From contig JBHLNF010000007.1 in the NCBI GenBank assembly GCA_048937405.1, forward strand, positions 64,001 to 128,000: a stretch of 64,000 nucleotides of DNA, in the 5' to 3' direction. Under the pieces are notes generated by a model. The model was given only the letters and a program-made list of their open reading frames with translations, was not told where the DNA came from and did not search any database. The DNA is from Promethearchaeota archaeon (lineage in GTDB: Archaea; Asgardarchaeota; Lokiarchaeia; Sigyniarchaeales; SOKP01). The position numbers and the translations under genes are program-made. The first letter of the stretch is position 1, and every line of letters begins with the position of its first letter. This document shows positions 17,878 through 28,665 of the stretch, in pieces.

Positions 17878-20784
17878 TTAAAACCATATTGGTGTTGGTT
17901 TTGTATTATCAATAAAATAGCTTTTAAAATCATTTTGGGAACTTGGACATAATGTTTTATAAAAATCATATAATTTAGTAAGAAAATAATTATGATAAAA
18001 AAATCTTGTACAATCAGCACATTGTTCATATAATTCTTGTAAAGTAATCTTTTCTAAGTCTTTTCTGATCTTATTATACTTCTCCGATTCCCAAATTTTT
18101 TCAAAATTGAATCCATTTTTTCTTAGATTCCCGCATGATATAGCATTACGCTTGATATTATAGTATGGATCAAATGTATTATTATTATCATAATAAAGAT
18201 GACAACAAGGATATATTTCTCCATTAGTATCAATTATTGAGAAAATGTATGTTGCAAAACATCTAAAATATTCATTTTCAGAATTATATAAATTCTTACA
18301 CGGTTTTCCTGAACTGATTCCATCAAAACCTAATTTATCAATAAACCAACTTAGGTATTTTAAATTAGTGTATCTTTTTATATTTGCGTTTGAATGATAT
18401 CGATCAATTATGGTTCTAATTTTTTCAATAGAATCTGAACTGCAAAGAAATTTAGAATCTATACTATCGTTTTTACCATGTGCGAATTTGAAAGAAAAAT
18501 GAGAAAATAAACTAAAATCAATCGAACTGTTTTCTGAATTATTCTGTTGATTACTAATTATACTTAGCATTTTTTCAAAATCATCAATATTCTCTTTTTG
18601 AATTGTGTAACACATTCCAATATTACAACTATCATTTCTATTGCTTTTTAAATTACATAGAGACTTTATTAAATTATTATATATTTCTCCTCCTCTTATC
18701 TTATTTATGATTTCTTTATTAGTACCATCTACCGAGATCCTTATCCAATCAGAAAATTTACACATATTTTTAGCTAAATTTTCATCAATATCCAAACCAT
18801 TTGAGAGAATACCAATATTTAAATTAAAACTTTCTTTGGCTAATCTCAATATATCACTAAACTGGCTATGTAATGTTGGTTCTCCGCCAGAAAAAATAAT
18901 ATTTTTCACATTATAATTGGATATTGATTGAAGTATTCTACTAAGATCATCCAATTTCATATAATTAGCACTACTATCAAGATGTCTTTCACACATTAAA
19001 CATTTTGAATTACATTGATTTGTTATTTCAATCTGAATGCATAAGGGTGGAAGAATGTGTTGATTTTTTTCTAAAATATCAAATATTTTTGGAATATTAT
19101 AATTATAGGATTTTAAATTATTTTGTCTTAATTGGTCTGGATTAAAAATTTCATCGGATTGTATTTCTAAAATTCTAGATTGAATATCATTTTTTTTTAA
19201 AAATTCTTTCGATTTTTCAAAAATATTAATTATACGGTTATCCAAGTAATTAACTAATTTAAAATTACTTTTTATTTCTAATCTTAATTTCTTGACATAA
19301 TCCCCTGTATGAATATCATAAATTGCAATTTTTTGTTCATTTTCTTCTTTTGGAAATACTACTATACTTTCCCAAAATAGTTTATTAGATAATCTGAAAT
19401 TAAAGTTTTCTTTATATTTTTCTCTTAGTGTATAGAAACAATCCAAAGATAAAGCAATATCTCTTTCTAATTGATATCTTTCTCTTTTATCTAATATTGA
19501 TAAATTAGTTTTTGGATCAAGTAATACCATTTTAAATTTGATCTTTTTGTCCTCTATTGTCTTACTAATATCAGCTTTATTATTAGCCCAATGCAATAAA
19601 GATCTCCCGGATATATGAATATTACCATTCTCTTTTACCATTGAAAGGATTTTGTTAATTTGATAATATTTTTCAAAATCTTCATCATTTTCAAAATATT
19701 TAAGTGTAATTTTTGGTGTTTCATAGAATTCTTGATTTTTTTCTTCACTATGTTCAACAAAATAATCTCTTTTGACATCATTATAAAAATAAAGACTTAC
19801 ATGTAATTCTCTATTATCTTTAATATCTATTAGCACAAAACCATTTTTTTGGGTCTTTCCACTTAGTGAGGGGGCACCAACTAAAATCAGTTTTTCCTGA
19901 TCTTTTGTACGAGTTAAAACATCAAAATTAAATTGATGACTATGTCCATAAGTGATTATTTGATATCCCCTATGACGAGCAATTGTAGTAAATTCGGCAC
20001 CATATCTAATTGTGGAATAGGGTCTTAAATTTTCTTGTTGTATAGGAATAAATGAATGATGGCACAATATTATCTTTGTGAATTTATTTTTATCACTTCC
20101 ATATTCTCTTTCAAAATCATCATCACATTTTATAAATTGATCATATTGTTCATTTGTTATTGCAGGAATATCAGGAAATAATCGTTTTTTTAAATTTTCC
20201 CTAATTTCCTTAAATTCTGAATTTTGTTTTAATTTTATCTTGCTTGTGAAATCTAATAATTTTCTAATAATTGGATCCTCTCTTCCTGCAATTTCGACGG
20301 TAGATAAACAAAAGATTGCTATTTTTAAATCATTATAAATGTATAACGGTGCAAATTTCTTTTTGGTATATGGAGTTAAATAATCTTTAAATTTTGTTTT
20401 AAAAATTTTTAAAGGTAGTTTTTCTCCTCTTTTAATATCATGATTTCCTGGTACAATTAATACCCTATCCATAAAATTGATAAATTTTTCTTTTGTATTT
20501 TCTTTTAGGTCTTTTAAAAATGTAAGCATTTCATTGAATCTAGGGGATTTTTTTAGATTATCTATATTATCTTTTCCAGTAGCATAATCACCACAAAAAA
20601 ATAGAAAGTCTGGATTAAGTTTATTAACTTGCCTGTAGAGATACTTACTAGGATCAGAGACATTTTTTTTATAACCATTTTTAATAGATTTTATATTTTT
20701 ATGAAATGAGCCAAAATGTATATCGGAAATCTGTATAATTCTAACTATTTTTTTATATTCTTCATTATTAACGAGATCAACCAT
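17878..20784 (-). CDS. Fusion of calcineurin-like metallophosphoesterase, a DUF5919/PLD-like middle domain and radical SAM/SPASM-twitch
   Basis: SDIHFG, GD, VPGNHD, CHH, GHSH; HISGRSL...FKMVLLDP; CNSKCLMC, SGGEP, C..IDTNGEIYPCC...CADC. Confidence 0.82.
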   Translation of the reverse strand: MVDLVNNEEYKKIVRIIQISDIHFGSFHKNIKSIKNGYKKNVSDPSKYLYRQVNKLNPDFLFFCGDYATGKDNIDNLKKSPRFNEMLTFLKDLKENTKEKFINFMDRVLIVPGNHDIKRGEKLPLKIFKTKFKDYLTPYTKKKFAPLYIYNDLKIAIFCLSTVEIAGREDPIIRKLLDFTSKIKLKQNSEFKEIRENLKKRLFPDIPAITNEQYDQFIKCDDDFEREYGSDKNKFTKIILCHHSFIPIQQENLRPYSTIRYGAEFTTIARHRGYQIITYGHSHQFNFDVLTRTKDQEKLILVGAPSLSGKTQKNGFVLIDIKDNRELHVSLYFYNDVKRDYFVEHSEEKNQEFYETPKITLKYFENDEDFEKYYQINKILSMVKENGNIHISGRSLLHWANNKADISKTIEDKKIKFKMVLLDPKTNLSILDKRERYQLERDIALSLDCFYTLREKYKENFNFRLSNKLFWESIVVFPKEENEQKIAIYDIHTGDYVKKLRLEIKSNFKLVNYLDNRIINIFEKSKEFLKKNDIQSRILEIQSDEIFNPDQLRQNNLKSYNYNIPKIFDILEKNQHILPPLCIQIEITNQCNSKCLMCERHLDSSANYMKLDDLSRILQSISNYNVKNIIFSGGEPTLHSQFSDILRLAKESFNLNIGILSNGLDIDENLAKNMCKFSDWIRISVDGTNKEIINKIRGGEIYNNLIKSLCNLKSNRNDSCNIGMCYTIQKENIDDFEKMLSIISNQQNNSENSSIDFSLFSHFSFKFAHGKNDSIDSKFLCSSDSIEKIRTIIDRYHSNANIKRYTNLKYLSWFIDKLGFDGISSGKPCKNLYNSENEYFRCFATYIFSIIDTNGEIYPCCHLYYDNNNTFDPYYNIKRNAISCGNLRKNGFNFEKIWESEKYNKIRKDLEKITLQELYEQCADCTRFFYHNYFLTKLYDFYKTLCPSSQNDFKSYFIDNTKPTPIWF

Positions 20785-21342
20785 TTTATTTCGCTCTTTT
20801 TTATCAAATAAATCATACTTAAATCTTTACAATAACCTATTTTTTCTTTAATTTAAAAATATTACTAAAATATCAATTTATAGCCTTATTGGAATCAGTA
20901 GATTATAAAAGAGAAAATTACAGAATTTTCTATCCAATCCTCTTTTTTTGTTGAAATATGATCATTCGATCTTTATACTAATATAACGATTTTAAGTAAA
21001 TATCACTTTAATTTAAGTTAAAATGCGTTATTTTGGCACTTATATGAAAAAATGGTGTTATAAAAAATGAGAGATTAATTAGATTATTAGATATCCTGCA
21101 TATCTTTTAAGAATTATTAAAAGACTCCTTTGTTTTAAATATGGCTTCTACTATTGTAAAATGTTGTTTAACATTTATATTACATAAATTAATCTGAATA
21201 GAATGATTTGTAAACATAAAATTTATTTGAAATGTTAAATTATGTTTTTTAACTTTTTTTAAAGAAAACTAAATAATTTTTACATGATAAGCTAGTGGAT
21301 TTTAGGATAAATTGTAATTAAGTTATAGTGAAGTAAATAAAG

Positions 21343-22308
21343 ATGAAATGTCCTGCATGCGATATACCAATGCAACCTTTAGTAGAAGGTATTTTCCAGT
21401 GCCCTCAATGCAAAAAAATAATAAAACAAAAAGATAAAGAGGCAGAAGCAAAGGAAAAAAAAGCTATTGAGGAGGGCAATTTTCAAGATGGGGAATATTT
21501 TCATAAAAATGCGAGCTTGAATAAACAATATGAAATTGCGGAATCTGGGATTATCATAAATAAAACCAATAATCGACTATTCGCAGTACTAATTTGTCAT
21601 AGTGCCTATTTAAAGGATGAGAAATATGTGAGATTATCTTGGTGGAAAAATTATCAACATGCAGGCATGTTAAAAATCTATGATAAATATGTTTTAAACA
21701 ATCTTATTATTGCTTTAGAAAAGGTAGATGAAGCATTTGATGATATTTGGGGTTGGAAAGGAAAATTTGGCAAACAAAAATCCAAAACAGAAGAAGATTT
21801 ACAGAAAGAAAAAAATTTGGATATTATAAAGTATAGAATTCTCGAAAATAAAACGTGTCCCAAATGTCAGAAAAAGATGGATAAAATGAAATCTCACTAT
21901 GAATGTCAGCACTGTGGAGAAATCGTCATTTTAGAAGGTTATAATCAACCTATATTCAATATTGCTCCAGAAGATATCGATCTACGATTTCACGCTAATT
22001 TTCCGATAAATTATTATTTACCCGTAAGTGGAATAACACTAAAATGGTTAATGGGTGAATGGAAAGCATTAGCAGTAATTTATTCTAAAGACAATCCCAA
22101 TAAAAAATGGTTAAGATTTTATTGGTGGATAAGAGATTTAAGTAATATTTTAAAATTTGGACAGAGAGAAATGGGAAATGGCACTCAGATGGGGTGGAAA
22201 ACTCAAAAGGGTGTTTCATCTCCAAATCTATATGAGAAAAATTTAGTTAAGCCTCTAATTAACGCACTAAAAAATATAGCAATCAAATTAAATTGGCAAA
22301 TTAATTAA
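21343..22308 (+). CDS. Protein with two repeats of zinc ribbon plus PC4-like domain
   Basis: CPAC/CPQC and CPKC/CQHC, each followed by a beta-rich unit (YVRLSWWK; WLRFYWW...WKTQKGVS) ending in a helix. Confidence 0.6.
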   Translation: MKCPACDIPMQPLVEGIFQCPQCKKIIKQKDKEAEAKEKKAIEEGNFQDGEYFHKNASLNKQYEIAESGIIINKTNNRLFAVLICHSAYLKDEKYVRLSWWKNYQHAGMLKIYDKYVLNNLIIALEKVDEAFDDIWGWKGKFGKQKSKTEEDLQKEKNLDIIKYRILENKTCPKCQKKMDKMKSHYECQHCGEIVILEGYNQPIFNIAPEDIDLRFHANFPINYYLPVSGITLKWLMGEWKALAVIYSKDNPNKKWLRFYWWIRDLSNILKFGQREMGNGTQMGWKTQKGVSSPNLYEKNLVKPLINALKNIAIKLNWQIN

Positions 22309-22335
22309 GAATAATTTAGAAGCTAAGGGAAGAAA

Positions 22336-23475
22336 TTGTCAGAAATTCAAGACACTACATGGAAAGAGTTATTAAAAAACTTTCAAGATGGGCTTGAAAA
22401 AGCAATTGAGGAATTACAAAAAAGAGATGTAGAGAATATTCCAGGGGCAAAGGAAGCCTTGATTCAAAGATTAAATAATATGAAGCTTCATTTTCCAAAA
22501 AATAATGGAGAAATTTTTTTAAAATCAATTAATGATAAAATTCAAAATGCTTTTTTTCCTAATACCACTAATTTCTCAGAAGCTTTTGAAAAAATATTAA
22601 AATCTAGAACTCACGAACAGGATTTCATAATTAATGAACTATTAAATGGTTTTGTAGCTTCTAAAGCAAAAGCAATAGCTTCAGGAACTCAAGGACCGAT
22701 AATAGATAGAATAGTTGAGGCCTTTAGTAAGAGAAATGACTTCCATATTGTTGATCATCAGTTTTTTGCTATGTTTGGAGACCCAAATAAACCTCGTCAA
22801 TATGTAAAAAAACAACTTGAAGAACTTGTAACCATGTTTGGTCTCATATCCAAAGAACTTGTAATTGAAAAGGATGTAAGAAGAAGTGAAGAGAAAATCT
22901 ATACATTTTATACATTTCCAGATGATATCATAAAAATTCTTGAAGAGAAATATTTAATTATTGATGAAGAACTAGGGTATGCCTATGTTTCTGAAAATTT
23001 TGATAGAAATGTTTTTATATGTATGTTTTTAGCAAATGTTACCATAAATAGAGATAATATTGAAAAAATTGGAGGTTCTTATACAATTAATGGAATATCC
23101 GCAATTTTTGCCTTAGTTTTATTACTGAGTTTCATGCCAAAATTGAGTGTGGATGAAACTAATCCTGTTTTAAACGATCCAAGTTTTAGTGAGAAAAATA
23201 TGAGTGTAATTCCGAAATCTTGGATGATGAAACAAGTTTTAGAACCTTTATTTGAACCCCTCATAAAAATCATCGCATATCGAATAGGGGGAGGATTATG
23301 GTTATCTAAAATCATTGATTCAGAAATTAATAAGAAGATCCATACCCAAATTAGATTTCTTCTCAAAGATGTAAATAAATGGATACTTGGGAATTTATGT
23401 AGAGTTGAAATTCCTATATTTGTTGAAATATCTAATATATTTACCGAAATTTTAGTAGGTTATGATGAGCAATAA
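22336..23475 (+). CDS. Hypothetical protein
   Basis: 379-aa ORF in a tight operon. Confidence 0.7.
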   Translation: MSEIQDTTWKELLKNFQDGLEKAIEELQKRDVENIPGAKEALIQRLNNMKLHFPKNNGEIFLKSINDKIQNAFFPNTTNFSEAFEKILKSRTHEQDFIINELLNGFVASKAKAIASGTQGPIIDRIVEAFSKRNDFHIVDHQFFAMFGDPNKPRQYVKKQLEELVTMFGLISKELVIEKDVRRSEEKIYTFYTFPDDIIKILEEKYLIIDEELGYAYVSENFDRNVFICMFLANVTINRDNIEKIGGSYTINGISAIFALVLLLSFMPKLSVDETNPVLNDPSFSEKNMSVIPKSWMMKQVLEPLFEPLIKIIAYRIGGGLWLSKIIDSEINKKIHTQIRFLLKDVNKWILGNLCRVEIPIFVEISNIFTEILVGYDEQ

Positions 23476-23500
23476 ATACAAAATAAATTAATAATAAAAA

Positions 23501-24808
23501 ATGAGTTATAAAAAAAAATCTACAAGAACTATAAAACCAGGAAGGAAAAGAGAAAAATGGACAGACATATTACCTAGATATCTGACTTTTATTAGTCATA
23601 TGCGTCCTATCCTTAGAGAAACAAGAAGAATTATTATAAATTTAGATGCCGATTTATTATTAGATACAGAAGTTTTAGATAAAATTCGTCAAGAGGAAGA
23701 AAAAAGAAATATTCGTAAAGTTAGAGCACTTTCAGAATTTTCTGCTATGTATAGATCAAATGTTTATGATATTGTTAAAGATTTTATCGTCAAGTATAGA
23801 GATAATATTCCGATAATAGATATTAAAGATTACATTTTAGATTTTCTTCATGAATCTGTTGATGCTTTAAATGTTTTACGGCATATTACTAATCCTGATG
23901 AACTTAACCTAGAGAATACTTACTTATATCAACTTGTAAAGTTTATTGAAAGTAAATTATTTCCAAGAGGAGCAAATCTTAAAATTATCTATGAGAAATT
24001 AATACAAGAATCAGTAGATTTTTATGAATGTCAACGACATATACTACAACCTCATACATTTTATCGGGAGAAATTAGAAAGTCCCGATTATTTTGAAATT
24101 CCTGGAATATCTCCGAAAATATATCAAATAATTAACAACATTACATCCCTTTATAACTTAGATCCTAATTTTGGAGAATTTCCCGAAAGAGAGAATTGTG
24201 AACTCCCAATAATTTTAAAGAATGATATATTTCTTCCTTATGTAGATTCTATAGCAAATCCAGAAGAAGAGGCTATAGAAAAAATTGCCGAACGTATTGG
24301 ATTACGCTTATTAGATGAAATATTTTTAGCTCCAGAGGAAGATTTTGTTGAATTGCTCTTAGAAAACAATTTTTTACGTGAAAATAAACAATCCGATGGA
24401 AAATTAAGATACTATCCACAATTTAGTAATGAAACACTAATATTATACTATTTAGCTTTTGCTTCTCAAAGACGAGGTTTTCTCTCAAAAGAATTGGTTA
24501 ATTGGATTTCAATGAATTTCGCATTCTTAATTTATATGAGTATCTTAAAATGGAAATTATCTGATGAAAATATATTCTATGCAATTTTCAAAGATTTACA
24601 GACAAATGAAAAAGTACTTCCTTATTTAATGAAACTTATTTGTTTTTCGAATTATTTGGGTCTAGATAAGATGAAGATTCGAGATTCTGTCCAATATCGG
24701 AAAGAAATTTTTAATTTTATTGGATCTCAAATTGATAATCTAAAAGATTTAATTAATGAGACAGCTAATTATTGTAAGAGTATTAGTGAAAATAATAAAA
24801 GAAATTAA
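23501..24808 (+). CDS. Hypothetical protein
   Basis: 435-aa ORF in a tight operon. Confidence 0.7.
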   Translation: MSYKKKSTRTIKPGRKREKWTDILPRYLTFISHMRPILRETRRIIINLDADLLLDTEVLDKIRQEEEKRNIRKVRALSEFSAMYRSNVYDIVKDFIVKYRDNIPIIDIKDYILDFLHESVDALNVLRHITNPDELNLENTYLYQLVKFIESKLFPRGANLKIIYEKLIQESVDFYECQRHILQPHTFYREKLESPDYFEIPGISPKIYQIINNITSLYNLDPNFGEFPERENCELPIILKNDIFLPYVDSIANPEEEAIEKIAERIGLRLLDEIFLAPEEDFVELLLENNFLRENKQSDGKLRYYPQFSNETLILYYLAFASQRRGFLSKELVNWISMNFAFLIYMSILKWKLSDENIFYAIFKDLQTNEKVLPYLMKLICFSNYLGLDKMKIRDSVQYRKEIFNFIGSQIDNLKDLINETANYCKSISENNKRN

Positions 24809-24829
24809 TAAAAAAATAATTAAAGTATT

Positions 24830-25939
24830 ATGAGCAAACAAAAAACTGAAAAAGAAGAAAAAATAGTATTTTCCGATGATATTGTAAAAGAAAGACTTGG
24901 AAAATATGGTGCAGTCTATTTCCCTTCAGATATTAAAGAAACAGTAGAGGATATTTTAGGAAATGAAACTAAAAAAGAGATTTTAAATGATTTTTTTAAA
25001 GCATTAAGGAAATATGATGAATTTACTGAACAATTGAAAAATACTAAATTAACTCCTAATTTAACTGTGCTTTTATACGGACCTCCAGGAACAGGAAAAA
25101 CTTCTTTAACAAGAGGTTTTGCTAAGGAATATAACATTCCCATATGTGTTGTAGAATCTGATAGGCTTGTATCACCTTTGCTTGGAGATACAATTAAAAA
25201 TATTCGCGGAGTTGTTGAACTCGCAGCAGAAATTGCTAAAGAACGAGGGGCTTTTATATTATTTTTTGATGAGATCGACGCAATTGGTTCTGAAAGATCA
25301 AATATCCACGAAGTTGGAGAAATTAAACGAGCAGTAATTTCTTTTCTACAAGTTATAGATAAAACTAATTATGAAGGAGTTCCACTAGCTGTTTTTGGTG
25401 CTACTAATCATCAACATCAACTTGACTCTGCGATATGGCGACGCTTTACATTTCATTTTAAGTTTGATTTCCCAGATTTTCATTTAAGAAAAAAAATTAT
25501 TGAATCATTTATGAATAAATTAAAAAAGGCAAAAATTGGAATTGATCAGACTATATTTTCTAATTTAGATAGCGAATACAAAGAAATTCTTAAAATTTCA
25601 AAAGATTTAGATTCCAAATTAGGATATTCAGTTTCGGAATTTGATAATAATCTTATATGGACAGAATTCAATATAAAAAATAAAGTAAGAGGTCTTTTAG
25701 CAATAACTTCTGGTTATTCTGGGTCTGATATTGAAAGAGGAACTCGAGTTGCGATTTTAAAAGCAATTAATACAGAGCTGCTAACATATGATCTTTTTTA
25801 TAATTCTTTGCAATTAGTTGGTGGAACCGCTATACATGTTGAGAGACAAAATGTGCTAAGTGATTCAAGAATAAAATCAGATCAGATAAATAGATCTAAG
25901 GGGAATAAGAGGAGTTTATCTGGACCTCCTGAAATTTAA
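24830..25939 (+). CDS. Classical-clade AAA ATPase
   Basis: GPPGTGKT, FFDEIDAIG, GATN, LDSAIWRRF, GYSGSDIE. Confidence 0.92.
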   Translation: MSKQKTEKEEKIVFSDDIVKERLGKYGAVYFPSDIKETVEDILGNETKKEILNDFFKALRKYDEFTEQLKNTKLTPNLTVLLYGPPGTGKTSLTRGFAKEYNIPICVVESDRLVSPLLGDTIKNIRGVVELAAEIAKERGAFILFFDEIDAIGSERSNIHEVGEIKRAVISFLQVIDKTNYEGVPLAVFGATNHQHQLDSAIWRRFTFHFKFDFPDFHLRKKIIESFMNKLKKAKIGIDQTIFSNLDSEYKEILKISKDLDSKLGYSVSEFDNNLIWTEFNIKNKVRGLLAITSGYSGSDIERGTRVAILKAINTELLTYDLFYNSLQLVGGTAIHVERQNVLSDSRIKSDQINRSKGNKRSLSGPPEI

Positions 25940-25987
25940 AGCAAAAAAATATTTAATAATTCTATAACGATTTTAATTATCACTACA

Positions 25988-27028
25988 ATGACCAATAAAC
26001 AAATATTTGATTTGGATAAAATTAAAGAATTAACTTTCCCAATTGAAGAACTTCAGATAAAAGTTAATCAATTGAATGAATCCTCTAGAAATTCTATAAA
26101 AAATATCCACAATATTGAAGATGAATTAAGGGATGAGAAATTAATATCTCAAATTGAAATTGTGCAAGAATTATTGGATAATATTAATGGTAAATTGAAT
26201 CTTGTTTCAAAATCAAATCTAAATAAATTCTTGGATTTACAAGATCATCTAATTAAAAAATACAAGGAAATTTTTAAAAAAAATTTAAAAAAAGTAACTC
26301 TAAATGAAAATAATATAAAATCTATTGGATTATCTTTTATTGAAGATAAAAGCATTTGTAAAATCATCGATGATGTCTCTTTTATTCCTTCAATTGAAAT
26401 TCCAAAATGGTTACAACTTTTAGATTCATTGAAGTATAATAATCTTTTTCTGAAATCAGTAGAACAGATGAAATGTTATTTTCAAGAACTATTACAAGAA
26501 AGACTTGACATAGAAGTAAGTAGAATCCCTGATCATACAGATCCAGTACTAATTAATGAATATAAAAAATATTTCATGAAGAATTCCAATTCAACATTTG
26601 AGGACTATATACAGATTATCAAAAATGAACTTACCCAAAAAGAAATTGAATCTAAAAGTGAGATCAGAAAAAAAATTAAAGAAAAAGAAGAACTGGAAAA
26701 ATTAAAAAAAAAACAAGAAGAACAAAATAAAACCTATCAGGATTACTTACACCTCTCAGAAAGTGAATTTGAAAGAATAAGGCGGAAAAAGAGCAGAGAA
26801 AAACTAACAGAAGTGTCTAAAGGAACAAATCAGGAAAAAGAAATAGAACTTAGTGATGAAATCTCAGAAAAAATTAAAAAATTTAAATCTCAATTTGAAA
26901 AAAATTTTGATGAAAAATATATGATTCAAAAAGATGATGAAACGGATCCAATTGATATAATAAGAGAAAGAAAGAAGAAAAAAGAAAAAGAATATAAGGA
27001 ATTCAAAAATCATTTTGAAAACAATTAA
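25988..27028 (+). CDS. Coiled-coil-rich hypothetical protein
   Basis: 346-aa charged helical ORF. Confidence 0.7.
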   Translation: MTNKQIFDLDKIKELTFPIEELQIKVNQLNESSRNSIKNIHNIEDELRDEKLISQIEIVQELLDNINGKLNLVSKSNLNKFLDLQDHLIKKYKEIFKKNLKKVTLNENNIKSIGLSFIEDKSICKIIDDVSFIPSIEIPKWLQLLDSLKYNNLFLKSVEQMKCYFQELLQERLDIEVSRIPDHTDPVLINEYKKYFMKNSNSTFEDYIQIIKNELTQKEIESKSEIRKKIKEKEELEKLKKKQEEQNKTYQDYLHLSESEFERIRRKKSREKLTEVSKGTNQEKEIELSDEISEKIKKFKSQFEKNFDEKYMIQKDDETDPIDIIRERKKKKEKEYKEFKNHFENN

Positions 27029-27117
27029 GCACAAATAAAAAGGTATTACAAATTCTAAAAAATAATTTAAAGATCTCTATTGGTTCATCCGAAATTCCAA
27101 TTCTAGATCGATTCACT

Positions 27118-28665
27118 TTGATTCATGGAAAAATTAAAAAAGATTTGTTGAATGAATTTAAAAATGATTTGTTTATTGAGATTACAGAAGATATGAATAT
27201 AATATCCATTGTAAAATTTATTCAATTATTACAAGAGCAAACTCAAGAATTATATGAATTGGACAAATCTTTAAATTTATTAGATTATATAAGTGAATAT
27301 AGTAAAATTGCATCTAAAAATATAACCATCTCTTCTCAATTCATTGAAATTATAGGAACTTTAAGTGTAATTTTAAAATATTATAAATTATCAAAAAGAA
27401 GGGAGTTATTATTAAAAGAGTTAGAATTGTCAGAGTATTATGAAAAATCAAGGAATAAAACAACCCTCACAGATTTATTGAATAAATTGAATGAATCCTT
27501 ACTAAAAAATAAAAATAAGTTAAAATTCCTTGAAGAGGACTATCTCAAACAAAAAAACCAAATTACTCAGACTAAAAATAAAATTGAAGAGATAAATCAA
27601 AAAATTCAAGAATTAACTAATCAAAAAAAACAATGTTTTAATCAGATTAATAGAATCACAAGATCAATGAGTGAAAATATCCATAAAGTAAAACAAGAAT
27701 CAAATTCAATTGATACAGACGCTAATAAAAATTTAACAAACGCAGAAAAAATAAGGAATATTCAAAAGAAAGCAAAAGAAATTCAATATGAAATTAACAA
27801 GAATAAAGAAAAGAAAAACCAAATTGAATTAAAATTCAACGATCTGAATCCCATTTTTGAAAGTTATAAGAATGATTATGAAAAGATCTCAGAAATAATT
27901 AATAATGATGAAAATAGAATAAAAGAAATTCAAATAGAAATAAAAAAAGAAATTAGAAATGAAGAAGATAAAAATATTAAAGATCTTTCTTTAGTTGATT
28001 TGCAAACCCTAAAGCCTTTACAAGTAATTAAAGATGATATAGAAAAAGTAGAAAAAGAGTTAGATAAAATTTTAATTCCGAAAGAATTCTTAAATCCTCA
28101 TAATTTTTCCGACATATCCAAAATCATTCAAAAATTAAAAGAATTGGATGAATTCATTGAAAACCATAAATCTGAAGTTACGATTCAGGTAAATGAAGAG
28201 GAAATAGTCAGATGTCTCGAACAATTCGCAAAATTGGAAGATGCACTTGACAGTATAGAATCTATTACTAATATATTCCTGTCAGAAGTTAGTCTAATAG
28301 CCCAATTTAGATTTATTTTAAATGATAATAACCAACTATTTTTTCTTGAAATAAATTTCATCAGAACTGATGAAAACCTAGTTAGTTTTGATGAATTGAC
28401 TACTCCAGAAAAAATTTTTGTCATAATTGTTTTTTATATCTCAATAAAACTATATGTTAAGAGTAAAAATATTATTTTTTCAAATGTTTCAATTTTAAGT
28501 AAATATAATAAAGCAGGTTCTATATATAGAACAATTAGAAAAATTTTACCACTTTTTGAAAAGGATACTCTTCTTTCTGGATTTAATTTAATCTTTATTT
28601 TATCAAACTTAGAATTAAAAAAAGAAATTAAAAATTTAAAAATAAAAACAATACAAGAGACTTGA
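27118..28665 (+). CDS. SMC-like long coiled-coil protein with degenerate C-terminal head
   Basis: About 300-aa coiled coil; FDELTTPEKIFVIIVFYISI at the position of the LSGGEK signature; no Walker A; frame is open upstream to 27019. Confidence 0.55.
   Translation: MIHGKIKKDLLNEFKNDLFIEITEDMNIISIVKFIQLLQEQTQELYELDKSLNLLDYISEYSKIASKNITISSQFIEIIGTLSVILKYYKLSKRRELLLKELELSEYYEKSRNKTTLTDLLNKLNESLLKNKNKLKFLEEDYLKQKNQITQTKNKIEEINQKIQELTNQKKQCFNQINRITRSMSENIHKVKQESNSIDTDANKNLTNAEKIRNIQKKAKEIQYEINKNKEKKNQIELKFNDLNPIFESYKNDYEKISEIINNDENRIKEIQIEIKKEIRNEEDKNIKDLSLVDLQTLKPLQVIKDDIEKVEKELDKILIPKEFLNPHNFSDISKIIQKLKELDEFIENHKSEVTIQVNEEEIVRCLEQFAKLEDALDSIESITNIFLSEVSLIAQFRFILNDNNQLFFLEINFIRTDENLVSFDELTTPEKIFVIIVFYISIKLYVKSKNIIFSNVSILSKYNKAGSIYRTIRKILPLFEKDTLLSGFNLIFILSNLELKKEIKNLKIKTIQET

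Larger units (their letters stand above)
16541..21342. mobile_element. Inserted two-gene island bounded by the duplicated gene 5' end
   Basis: Opposite-strand cassette splitting a co-directional operon and flanked by 195-bp direct repeats; no integrase seen. Confidence 0.65.

Noticed and set aside
27015-27117. Intron or frameshift at the 5' end of the SMC-like gene
   Set aside because: No BHB found; a non-canonical start explains it equally well
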